A DNA stretch of 36,031 bases from a virus (Duplodnaviria > Heunggongvirae > Uroviricota > Caudoviricetes): IMG/VR virus record IMGVR_UViG_3300042940_001739. One strand, 5' to 3'. This document shows, one piece after another, positions 28,503 to 36,031 of this stretch (position 1 is its first letter; each line of letters begins with the position of its first letter). The translations under genes and the position numbers were made by a program. The notes beneath the pieces are model-generated. The model searched no databases, had not been told where the DNA came from, and was given only the letters and a program-made list of their open reading frames with translations.

Positions 28503-28827
28503 TATCGAAGGATTCCATAATTGGCCTTCTGCTAAAGACATATTTCCAGAAGTAGCATTCTTATCAGATAGACACCGTCATATGTTCGGGTTTCGTTGTT
28601 ATGCAAAAGTAACACATACAGATCGAGACAAAGAGTTTATTTTGTTGAATCGAGAAATAAAAAGAAACCTTCAATTGAATTTTGAAAAAGAGTTCGACAA
28701 CGTATTAGAGTTTGGCTCGATGTCGTGTGAAGCAATTGGAGAATATTTGTTAGATCAATTTCCAGAATTATATAAAGTAGAAGTTTGGGAAGATTGGGAA
28801 AATGGTTGTGTTGTTGAGCGAGATTAG
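28474..28827 (+). CDS. Second QueD-like T-fold protein, DpdL-like (putative CDG decarboxylase)
   Basis: EGFHNWP, LSDRHRHMF (LxxxHRHxF), DRDKEF, SCEAI, VEVWEDWENG; I recall this signature for DpdL but have not verified it here. Confidence 0.7.
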   Translation: MKYSVVVTFSIEGFHNWPSAKDIFPEVAFLSDRHRHMFGFRCYAKVTHTDRDKEFILLNREIKRNLQLNFEKEFDNVLEFGSMSCEAIGEYLLDQFPELYKVEVWEDWENGCVVERD

Positions 28828-28858
28828 GGAAGACTCGGGAAGATTTTGAACGTAAACT

Positions 28859-28872
28859 ATATTTATATTAAA
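28859..28872 (+). promoter_or_regulatory. Putative late promoter ATATTTATATTAAA abutting the HNH start codon
   Basis: Exact 14-mer; its last A is the A of ATG 28872. Confidence 0.6.
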
Positions 28873-29456
28873 TGAAGCATTTAGACACATATAGTTTACG
28901 TTTATGTCCTCAGTGTAATACTAAAATAATGTATACTGGTAAAAATCATATAAAAACATCTAGAGAAGCTGAAAAAAAATCTAGAATATGTAAAAGTTGC
29001 GCATCTACAGGACAAAATAATCCAATGTATGGTAAGCCGGCTTGGAGTAAAGGAAAAAAACGACCAGAACATAGTAAATGGTTGAAAGAAAATAATCCAA
29101 TGTTTGATTTACATTATCGAGATAAATATTTTTTAGCACAATTTGGAGTGACTGCAGAACAATGGGCTGAAACAAAAGATGATAGATATTTGTATATATT
29201 AGAAGTTATACGAATTACAAAAAAACAACCATTGCATATATTGGAAAATTTTGATAAAATTGCACATATAAAGACTGGGGGTTATGCTATTGATCATATT
29301 TACCCTAAATCTAAAGGATTTGATAATAAAATTCCACCGGAACTAATTGGCAATATAAAAAATTTACAAATTATTCCGGGGATTGAAAACTCAAAAAAAC
29401 GAGAAAAAATTATTTACATTCCCGAACATATACAAATATATTTGGATAGTATATAA
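28872..29456 (+). mobile_element. Free-standing HNH homing endonuclease with Zn ribbon and NUMOD3-like motif
   Basis: CPQC...CKSC, GQNNPMYGKPAWSKG, IDHIYP....F....NIKNLQII...EN.KK; lower GC than flanking genes. Confidence 0.8.
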
Positions 29457-29470
29457 TAATTTTATATAAT
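29442..29470 (+). promoter_or_regulatory. Sigma70-like promoter TTGGAT-N17-TATAAT
   Basis: -35 box lies inside the last HNH codons; 5 nt before ATG 29476. Confidence 0.7.
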
Positions 29471-29475
29471 AAGTT

Positions 29476-30498
29476 ATGAAAGTATTTTTAGTAGATTTAG
29501 AATCAATTCCAACACGTTATACTTGTGAGTGGAAGACACATGTTCCTAAGTTATTAGCATTTCACGGGTTCGATGTAGAAGTTATTGAAGGAGACTTAAA
29601 TATACCAAATGCAACGACTGATGGTGCCTTTTTAAACTTTGGCGGAACTAACATGTATAAAGCAACGCAGCTTCATAAATTAGCTGAGATGTTTACATTA
29701 GGTAAAATTAATGCAGGAGATCATATTGTATTTACAGATGCATGGCATCCAGCAATCATCAATGTAAAATACATGAGTGAGCTTTTGGATATTCCGGTTA
29801 TAACGCACGGACTTTGGCACGCGGGTTCATATGATCCAAATGATTTTTTAGGTCGTCTCGTAGGAGATAAACCATGGATTAGACACGCTGAGCAGTCTTT
29901 TATTGAAGCATTTGATTTCAATTGGTTAGCAACTGATGCACATTTTGAATTGATTAGCAAAACTTATGCTAATTCATTTTTCAAGACAGGTTGGCCTATG
30001 GAATATACAAAAGGTATGATTGAGCCAGTTAACTTTACTCAAAAGAAAAACATTATTGTGTTTCCGCATCGAGTAGCTATTGAGAAGCGTGTCAATTTGT
30101 TTGAACAATTGTCAATGCGTCCAGAATTAGCTCATTATGAATTTCGTATTCCGATGTTAGAAGGATTAACAAAACAACAATATCATAAATTGTTACAAGC
30201 TTCAAAATATGCAGTTTCATTTGCAGAACAAGAAACATTAGGAATATCAATGTATGAGGCAGCTTGTGCAGGAGCAATGCCAATTGTACCAGACAGATTA
30301 TCTTATATAGAAATGTATTCAAAACATTTCAAACATGATGACACTCTTGATGATGTAGTAGATATTATTTTATCAACAGAACAACATGATATGACACTAG
30401 AAATTGCCGTACAAGCACAAAGCTTACATGACAAATTCTTTTCAGCAACGAACTTAATTAATAAACTAAAGGAATATAATGAACAAAGAACAGCCTAA
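29476..30498 (+). CDS. GT-B fold glycosyltransferase (GT4-like)
   Basis: IVFPHRVAIEKR, QETLGISMYEAACAGAMPIVP (E-x7-E motif). Confidence 0.8.
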   Translation: MKVFLVDLESIPTRYTCEWKTHVPKLLAFHGFDVEVIEGDLNIPNATTDGAFLNFGGTNMYKATQLHKLAEMFTLGKINAGDHIVFTDAWHPAIINVKYMSELLDIPVITHGLWHAGSYDPNDFLGRLVGDKPWIRHAEQSFIEAFDFNWLATDAHFELISKTYANSFFKTGWPMEYTKGMIEPVNFTQKKNIIVFPHRVAIEKRVNLFEQLSMRPELAHYEFRIPMLEGLTKQQYHKLLQASKYAVSFAEQETLGISMYEAACAGAMPIVPDRLSYIEMYSKHFKHDDTLDDVVDIILSTEQHDMTLEIAVQAQSLHDKFFSATNLINKLKEYNEQRTA

Positions 30499-31747
30499 AA
30501 GATTTATATACTTCCCTTCCTTATCGGCGGGTAGTATGGTATCGGCATTCAAGAAGGACATGAAATTTACATCAGGTGATCCTGTAAAATTTTATGACTC
30601 ACGATACCCAGACAAATGGCGTCATCCATATTTCCTAATCACAGCAGGACACCATTACAAGAAAATGGACTTCCGCGATCAATTAGGATTAGAAAAGGAT
30701 GTATTGGTATTTGGTGACTCAGGAGGTTATCAGATTGCAACCGGAGCGCTACCATATAGCAACGAATTACGTGAAAAGATCTTTCATTGGTTAGAAGCTA
30801 ATAGTGATGTAGCAGCTAACTTAGATATTCCGCCTAAAACGAAATATAGAAATAAATTTGCAGAATGTGCAGATATTAGTTTTGACAACTTTGCTTGGTT
30901 TGAAAAACATCAAAGTGGTAAGACAAAATTCTTAAACATGTTGCAAGGATCAAATTCTCAAGAATACACTTGGTGGTATCATAAATTTAAGCATTTTGAT
31001 TTCCAAGGATGGGCGATTGGAGGTCCACAAAAATTAGTTGACTTTATGTTTGCATTATCATTAATGCTTAAAGAAAGAGAATTTGAAAAGACTCGTAATG
31101 AGTATCTTCACTTGTTAGGAATTAGTAAAATTTCCGATTTCTTTATCTTAGCAACAATGCAAAAGTTAATGAACAAACATTATGGCGGTAGAATTACAGT
31201 AACAACAGATTCGTCATCGCCAGGACAGTATCCAGTATTCGGAACATATCTTCATTCAACTAATTTCAAGACACAAACATTCTCTGAATTGTATTTTCCA
31301 AAGAATGCAGAATACCGTCGCAAGTCACATATTAAACAAGGCAAAACGGGTGATGTAACCGGAATTGATTTGACACAAACAGTTCCTTGTCAATTAGGTT
31401 GTCCAGCTTGTTCTGACTTCACATATGAATACTTAGGAGGTAAAACAGATGCAGGTCTAGATAGATATTCTCAAGAAGCTATGCCTAGAATGGTTGTTCA
31501 TAACACTCATTTATATGTAAATGCTGCAGAAGAAATTAATCAGCTAGTTGATAGTCACGTTGAATTATTAGAGACAGTTGTCCCTAAAGATTTATATGAT
31601 GTGATTTTATCATTGCACGAAATGTTTGCAGACCCAGACAATGCACCACAGATATATGAAAAGTATATCAAAACATATAAAAAATTCGGAGGCGATTCAA
31701 TATCAACAACGGATGCAGAAAATTTCAATAAATTCTTTAAATTTTAA
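30479..31747 (+). CDS. dpdA: TGT-fold deazapurine DNA transglycosylase (DpdA-like)
   Basis: GDSGGYQ, NLDIP, MLQG, GWAIGG, HLLG, TDSSS, Zn site CQLGCPAC...HN; folE/queD/queE in the same region. Confidence 0.85.
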   Translation: MNKEQPKRFIYFPSLSAGSMVSAFKKDMKFTSGDPVKFYDSRYPDKWRHPYFLITAGHHYKKMDFRDQLGLEKDVLVFGDSGGYQIATGALPYSNELREKIFHWLEANSDVAANLDIPPKTKYRNKFAECADISFDNFAWFEKHQSGKTKFLNMLQGSNSQEYTWWYHKFKHFDFQGWAIGGPQKLVDFMFALSLMLKEREFEKTRNEYLHLLGISKISDFFILATMQKLMNKHYGGRITVTTDSSSPGQYPVFGTYLHSTNFKTQTFSELYFPKNAEYRRKSHIKQGKTGDVTGIDLTQTVPCQLGCPACSDFTYEYLGGKTDAGLDRYSQEAMPRMVVHNTHLYVNAAEEINQLVDSHVELLETVVPKDLYDVILSLHEMFADPDNAPQIYEKYIKTYKKFGGDSISTTDAENFNKFFKF

Positions 31748-31757
31748 AAAATAAAAC

Positions 31758-32465
31758 ATGGAAAAAAGCAAATTACAATCATTCATCAACCGCTACTATT
31801 TAGCTGGTAATTGTGAAGCAGTTATTTTAAAAGAAGATACATCAGGAATCAATTGTGAATTGATTGATATGGATCAAACCGTTGTAGGTAAAATTCAATG
31901 GAAGACTACACCTTTCATGAAAGGCTCATTAGGAATCAATCATACCGGTGCATTAACAAAAATGCTTTCTGCATTAGGTGAAAATATCAATATTGATGTT
32001 AAAGATGCAGCAGGTAAGAATTATGCAATGAAGATTACCGAAGGTAACACGCAGTTGACTTTCATGTTAGCAGATACCACAGTAATTCCAGCAGTGCCAA
32101 GCATTAATGCAGAGCCTGACTATGTAGTTACTATCCCGGTTAATGAGGAATTCATTACTAAATTTATTAAAGCAAAGAATGCATTACCGGATGCTAAAAA
32201 CTTTGCAATACAAGTACAAAATGGCAAAATTAAATTCATTATTAATTACTCAACAGTTAACGCTGATAATATTTCTTTTGAAATGGACGGAGGAAGTGAA
32301 GCAATCGAGCCAATTTGTTTTTCAGCAGATAAACTTAAAGAAATTTTGGTTGCGAATAGAGGTGACAGTGGGCACTTACATATATCAACGGAAGGTTTGG
32401 CTCGAATTAACTTTACAGGTGCTGACTTCGACTCCACTTATTGGTTAGTTCAATTACAAAACTAA
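31758..32465 (+). CDS. Sliding clamp (T4 gp45-like)
   Basis: 235 aa with a two-domain alpha/beta pattern ending STYWLV; close to clamp loader genes. Confidence 0.75.
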   Translation: MEKSKLQSFINRYYLAGNCEAVILKEDTSGINCELIDMDQTVVGKIQWKTTPFMKGSLGINHTGALTKMLSALGENINIDVKDAAGKNYAMKITEGNTQLTFMLADTTVIPAVPSINAEPDYVVTIPVNEEFITKFIKAKNALPDAKNFAIQVQNGKIKFIINYSTVNADNISFEMDGGSEAIEPICFSADKLKEILVANRGDSGHLHISTEGLARINFTGADFDSTYWLVQLQN

Positions 32466-32466
32466 T

Positions 32467-32895
32467 ATGCAAGTTAAGATTAAAAGATTACATCCAGACG
32501 CAGTTATCCCTAGCTATTCAAAGGCAGGGGATGCTGCAATGGATCTTACAGCAATCTCCGTAGAAAAAGATGAGCATGGCAATGCAGTTTACAGTACGGG
32601 TTTAGCAATCGAAATACCATATGGATATGTAGGATTACTTTTTCCTAGATCATCAAATAGCAAAACAGATTTATATTTAACAAATCATGTAGGCGTTATT
32701 GATTCTGGCTATCGAGGAGAAATTATGTTTAAATATCGTGGCATACGAGGTTTGTTAGATGCTAAAATTTATGCAAAGAATGAACGAGTTGGTCAATTAA
32801 TAATTTTACCATATCCGCAAATTGAATTAGTAGAATCAGATGAATTATCTGAGACTGAAAGAGGAGACGGTGGATTTGGCTCAACCGGTAAATAA
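32467..32895 (+). CDS. dut: dUTPase (trimeric)
   Basis: AAMDL, PRSS, GVIDSGYRGEI, GQLII, RGDGGFGSTG. Confidence 0.96.
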   Translation: MQVKIKRLHPDAVIPSYSKAGDAAMDLTAISVEKDEHGNAVYSTGLAIEIPYGYVGLLFPRSSNSKTDLYLTNHVGVIDSGYRGEIMFKYRGIRGLLDAKIYAKNERVGQLIILPYPQIELVESDELSETERGDGGFGSTGK

Positions 32896-32944
32896 TATGA
32901 TTCAGACCATACTTATTTTTATATAAAAATTAATATAATAAGTT

Positions 32945-33205
32945 ATGAAACATCCATATGAGGTACAACGAGAATTAAATAATATACAATCATCATATAT
33001 TAATTTAATGCAAACTAGATTAAATTGGTGTGTCGAAACAGAGCGATACGAAACAGCTGCTCGTTTAAGAGACTTAATTAAATACGAAACTACAGATGAT
33101 GAACAATATAAAAAACAGTATTATCTAGAATTATTAAAAAAATATGCGACAGACTGTCCTGAATTTTATGAAAAAATGAAAAAAAAATATTCAAAAATAA
33201 ATTAA
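32945..33205 (+). CDS. Small protein with a UVR (UvrB/UvrC) coiled-coil motif
   Basis: CVETERYETAARLRDLI; TATAAT 5 nt upstream of the ATG. Confidence 0.6.
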   Translation: MKHPYEVQRELNNIQSSYINLMQTRLNWCVETERYETAARLRDLIKYETTDDEQYKKQYYLELLKKYATDCPEFYEKMKKKYSKIN

Positions 33206-33211
33206 TTAGTT

Positions 33212-34147
33212 ATGTTTAATAATATTAATGAAATAGAAAATAGTTTATGGACCGAATCCTTCCGCCCAGATACATTAGAAGGATATATTGGAAATGAGCA
33301 TATCATTGAAAAGGTTAAAATTTTCATTGAAAATGGTGATGTTCCACATTTATTGTTCTATGGCTCAGCAGGAACTGGTAAAACAACCTTAGCAAAAATT
33401 ATTGCAGGCTCGGTAGATGCAGATATCATGTATATTAACGCATCAGATGAAAACTCAGTAGATGCGGTTCGAGATAAGATTAAGCGTTATGCATCAACGG
33501 TAGGGTTTAAACGTTGGAAAATCATTATCTTGGATGAGGCAGACTATTTGACACCAAATGCTCAAGCAGCACTTCGTAATTTAATGGAAACATATAGTAA
33601 AACAACACGTTTTATTTTAACATGTAACTATGTTGAAAAGATTATTGATCCAATTCAATCACGTTGTCAGACATTTGCAATTACACCTCCAAATAAATCA
33701 GATGTAGCTAAAAGATTAGTTGCAGTATTAAATGAAAAAGGAGTTGAGTATGACATTAAAGACATTGCAGCAATTATCAATTCATCATATCCAGACATTC
33801 GTCGTGCAATTAATGCAGCACAAGCATCAGTTGTAGGAAATCGATTGCAATTAGATAAAGCAAGTTCCCTTCAAGCAAATTATATGACTGAAGTTTTGGA
33901 ATTGTTGAAAAATGCAAAAGATAAAAAGGCAGCTTTCACTAAAATTCGACAAGTTATTGCAGACAGCAAAGTTAGAGACTTTACTCCAATGTATACATTC
34001 TTGTATGATAGTTTAGATGAATTTGCAGTAGGACATATTGGCGGAGCAATTTTAATTATTGCAGAAGCACAATTTAAAGATGCGTCAGTTGTTGATAAAG
34101 AAATCAACATCATGGCAATGTTTGTAAATTTATTAAATGAAATCTAA
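33212..34147 (+). CDS. Clamp loader AAA+ subunit (T4 gp44 / RFC-like)
   Basis: LWTESFRP, PHLLFYGSAGTGKTT, INASD, ILDEAD, QAALR, SRC. Confidence 0.95.
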   Translation: MFNNINEIENSLWTESFRPDTLEGYIGNEHIIEKVKIFIENGDVPHLLFYGSAGTGKTTLAKIIAGSVDADIMYINASDENSVDAVRDKIKRYASTVGFKRWKIIILDEADYLTPNAQAALRNLMETYSKTTRFILTCNYVEKIIDPIQSRCQTFAITPPNKSDVAKRLVAVLNEKGVEYDIKDIAAIINSSYPDIRRAINAAQASVVGNRLQLDKASSLQANYMTEVLELLKNAKDKKAAFTKIRQVIADSKVRDFTPMYTFLYDSLDEFAVGHIGGAILIIAEAQFKDASVVDKEINIMAMFVNLLNEI

Positions 34148-34359
34148 TGTCAATTGCATATCACAAATCAAATGTGACAATTGTTTTTAAAACATCTAAT
34201 CGTAGCAATGCTAAAACTAAAATGAAAACTTTTAGAAATAAAAGCATTGATGATATTTTAGAAAAGAAACTACCAGGTATCCCCGATAATGCTGTTATTG
34301 TTGAATTAGGGCTAGGGGAATTATTCGAGCAAAAATGGAAAACTAAATATAAATTATAA
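34147..34359 (+). CDS. Hypothetical protein
   Basis: 70-aa ORF with TAATG overlap, filling the gap. Confidence 0.55.
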   Translation: MSIAYHKSNVTIVFKTSNRSNAKTKMKTFRNKSIDDILEKKLPGIPDNAVIVELGLGELFEQKWKTKYKL

Positions 34360-34360
34360 A

Positions 34361-34813
34361 ATGGCAGACGAAAAAAAGGGTGCAACAATCTTTGATTTTA
34401 TTGATGGGGTAACTAGCAAAAAGAAAGAATGGAATAAATGGTCTGAAACTGATCAGAGTAAATTTTCACCATTCATTGTAAATAGATGGTTATCAATGCG
34501 TCAAGACTTAACAGAGCTTATCAACGAGTTACAGACATATACTATCGGATTGTTACGACCAAAAGAAACTTACCGTCTATATCACGAATTCCTGCCTGCT
34601 TCAAAGGGGTTTGCAAAATACGTGAAGGGTAAAAAAGACGACAAGTATTCAGACAAATTAATTGCACAGGTAGCGGAACATTACAAAGTTAGCAAAACAG
34701 AAGCTTCTGATTATATTGAGTTGTTAGATCAAACGACTTGCACCCGTCTGCTAAATTTATATGGTTATACCGAAGGCGAAATCAAAACAATGATTAAAGG
34801 AGTTAAAAAATGA
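34361..34813 (+). CDS. Clamp loader small subunit (T4 gp62-like)
   Basis: IFDFI..., FSPFIVNRWLSM, FAKYVK, VAEHYKVS..EA..Y pattern; near the gp44-like gene. Confidence 0.75.
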   Translation: MADEKKGATIFDFIDGVTSKKKEWNKWSETDQSKFSPFIVNRWLSMRQDLTELINELQTYTIGLLRPKETYRLYHEFLPASKGFAKYVKGKKDDKYSDKLIAQVAEHYKVSKTEASDYIELLDQTTCTRLLNLYGYTEGEIKTMIKGVKK

Positions 34814-35025
34814 GTATAAATACACAATCACATTACAAAGGTAAGGATAGCCTTTATAAGTTTGCTGAAGATTGGGGTTTGAATAGCTATGAGTTCGATA
34901 TCATTAAACGCATTGTAAGATGCCGGCACAAAGGCACATTTGAACAAGATTTATCAAAGACTAAAGATTTAATTGACATTTATCTTAAAGAAAAGTCTCA
35001 TGAATATTTGGAACTTAGAAAATAA
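34810..35025 (+). CDS. DUF3310 / T7 gp1.7-like small protein
   Basis: SHYK....IIKRIVRCRHKG..EQDLSK pattern. Confidence 0.6.
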   Translation: MSINTQSHYKGKDSLYKFAEDWGLNSYEFDIIKRIVRCRHKGTFEQDLSKTKDLIDIYLKEKSHEYLELRK

Positions 35026-35036
35026 TTTCTTATTAT
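35008..35036 (+). promoter_or_regulatory. Sigma70-like promoter TTGGAA-N17-TATTAT
   Basis: Recurrent class, upstream of ATG 35052. Confidence 0.6.
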
Positions 35037-35051
35037 AATAAAAAATACGAA

Positions 35052-35606
35052 ATGGCGAATCATGTTTATGCATATTTAGAAATTGACTTTAAAAGTCAAG
35101 ATGATATAGAAAGTTTTTCAGAATGGATTGATTATGATCCAACCGCGCTAGATTATAGTTCAAAACTGCAAACATGTTGTGATTCGATGTTAGAACAATT
35201 GTATCCTGACAAAGAAGATACTGCTTCATATTATATTGATAATTTAGGTGCAAAATGGATTTATTTTGATGATGTAGATAAATCATTTGCAACATTTACT
35301 ATATCATGGACAACAGCATGGGACTTCCCAGAAAAATTGTTCAATAAATTAACAGAATATCTACAAGCAAATTACCAAGACTTTACTATGTCATGTACAT
35401 TTGAAGATGAGGGGTTTGGATTTGTAGGAGCAGCTGCATCAAACAGTTTGAATTCAGATTGTGAATATTATTATCCTGAATCTGAGCTTGAAGAATATCG
35501 TGACGAAGACGATTGTTTAACTGATGAATTCTATGAAATAATAGTTGAACAAAAACAAGTACTTCTTAATGAGATGTTAGAATTTATTAAGCAACCTAAT
35601 GAATAA
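35052..35606 (+). CDS. Acidic hypothetical protein (YubB/DUF1281 ferredoxin-like)
   Basis: NLGAKW, WTTAWDFP, FEDEG pattern. Confidence 0.55.
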   Translation: MANHVYAYLEIDFKSQDDIESFSEWIDYDPTALDYSSKLQTCCDSMLEQLYPDKEDTASYYIDNLGAKWIYFDDVDKSFATFTISWTTAWDFPEKLFNKLTEYLQANYQDFTMSCTFEDEGFGFVGAAASNSLNSDCEYYYPESELEEYRDEDDCLTDEFYEIIVEQKQVLLNEMLEFIKQPNE

Positions 35607-35832
35607 AAATATGAAAAACATTTTTAAATTTAATATTACAGGATGGCACGTTTTAGCATCATTGTTAGTGTATATCTTTATTATGAATTTATTCTTTGAC
35701 TATATCATTAGTCGGGAAGTAGAATCATTAGTGCAGTTAGGAGCCAGCTTTATTGCACTAGTTTATACCGTCTGGCAAGTACAAATTATAATTAGTTATA
35801 TTAACAAAACAATCAAAACAAAAGAAAAATGA
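35599..35832 (+). CDS. Small two-helix membrane protein
   Basis: Two hydrophobic segments. Confidence 0.6.
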   Translation: MNKNMKNIFKFNITGWHVLASLLVYIFIMNLFFDYIISREVESLVQLGASFIALVYTVWQVQIIISYINKTIKTKEK

Positions 35833-36031
35833 TTACAGCAATTATTATCGCAGTATTCCTTGTAGTAGCAGGAATTAAATTTGCCATGGCACTTCAAGAA
35901 GATAGTCCGGCCGGAATTCGTAACGCAATCATCATTGCCGTAGTAGGCTTGATAGTTGGATTCCTTCAACCTTATTCATTTGAGAAAGTTGACAATGGTT
36001 ACAAAGGATTAAAAATTAGTTTAGTTGGTTC
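35829..36031 (+). CDS. SPFH/band-7 family membrane protein (partial, runs off window end)
   Basis: MITAIIIAVFLVVAG...IIIAVVGLIVGFLQPYSFEKVDNGYKGLKISLVG; ATGA overlap; not in the ORF track. Confidence 0.6.
   Translation, partial: MITAIIIAVFLVVAGIKFAMALQEDSPAGIRNAIIIAVVGLIVGFLQPYSFEKVDNGYKGLKISLVG

Noticed and set aside
28787-28845. Three GGGAAGA copies upstream of the HNH gene as a target-site duplication
   Set aside because: Short, all on one side of the HNH gene, and one copy is explained by W-E-D codons.
30430-30447. DKFFSA near the glycosyltransferase C-terminus as a third clamp-binding motif
   Set aside because: It is not terminal and falls where GT-B enzymes normally have an aromatic-Ser before the last helix; probably coincidental.
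30479-31747. Call as a tRNA-modifying Tgt for queuosine
   Set aside because: It is divergent from bacterial Tgt, has no queA/queC/queF/queG context, and is embedded among DNA replication genes; DNA-acting DpdA is more plausible, though not proven.
546-35295. Many short minus-strand ORFs and nested plus-strand ORFs in the six-frame track
   Set aside because: They lie entirely or mostly within well-supported plus-strand genes and show no motifs or RBS; these are antisense or alternative-frame shadows.
1-36031. Stop-codon reassignment, as seen in some large phages
   Set aside because: Genes are full length under code 11, and TAG (2658, 14697, 28827) and TGA serve as real stops.
1-36031. CRISPR array, tRNA or rRNA genes
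   Set aside because: Intergenic gaps are at most about 105 bp, with no repeat-spacer or cloverleaf pattern seen.

Overview
Part of a large, AT-rich T4-like myovirus genome (probably a jumbo or huge phage). All credible genes lie on the + strand and use the standard genetic code. Positions 1-10.8 kb hold a contractile-tail module: sheath, tube, a frameshift-type chaperone pair, tape measure and baseplate proteins. Positions 10.9-21.2 kb hold a replication/recombination module: a divergent minimal PolA, a PD-(D/E)xK protein, gp32-like SSB, UvsX/RecA, FEN/RNase H, DnaB-like helicase and class I RNR. Positions 21.2-35 kb hold a 7-deazaguanine DNA-modification pathway (FolE, QueD, QueE, DpdL-like T-fold protein, TGT-like DpdA; no QueC in the window). 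It is interleaved with HPRT, PolB, a cytidylyltransferase, a GT-B glycosyltransferase, an HNH homing endonuclease, sliding clamp, dUTPase and clamp loader. Main observations: (1) DpdA and PolB end in the same NKFFxF peptide and dpdA abuts the clamp gene, suggesting replisome-tethered base exchange. (2) Extra nucleotidyl- and glycosyl-transferases sit inside the deazaguanine cluster, suggesting a possible new hypermodification. (3) There is a likely +1/-2 programmed frameshift between the tail chaperones. (4) The PolA lacks the canonical steric-gate Glu. (5) Two recurrent promoter classes are visible, one apparently producing leaderless mRNAs. All assignments come from motif recognition by eye; no searches were run.
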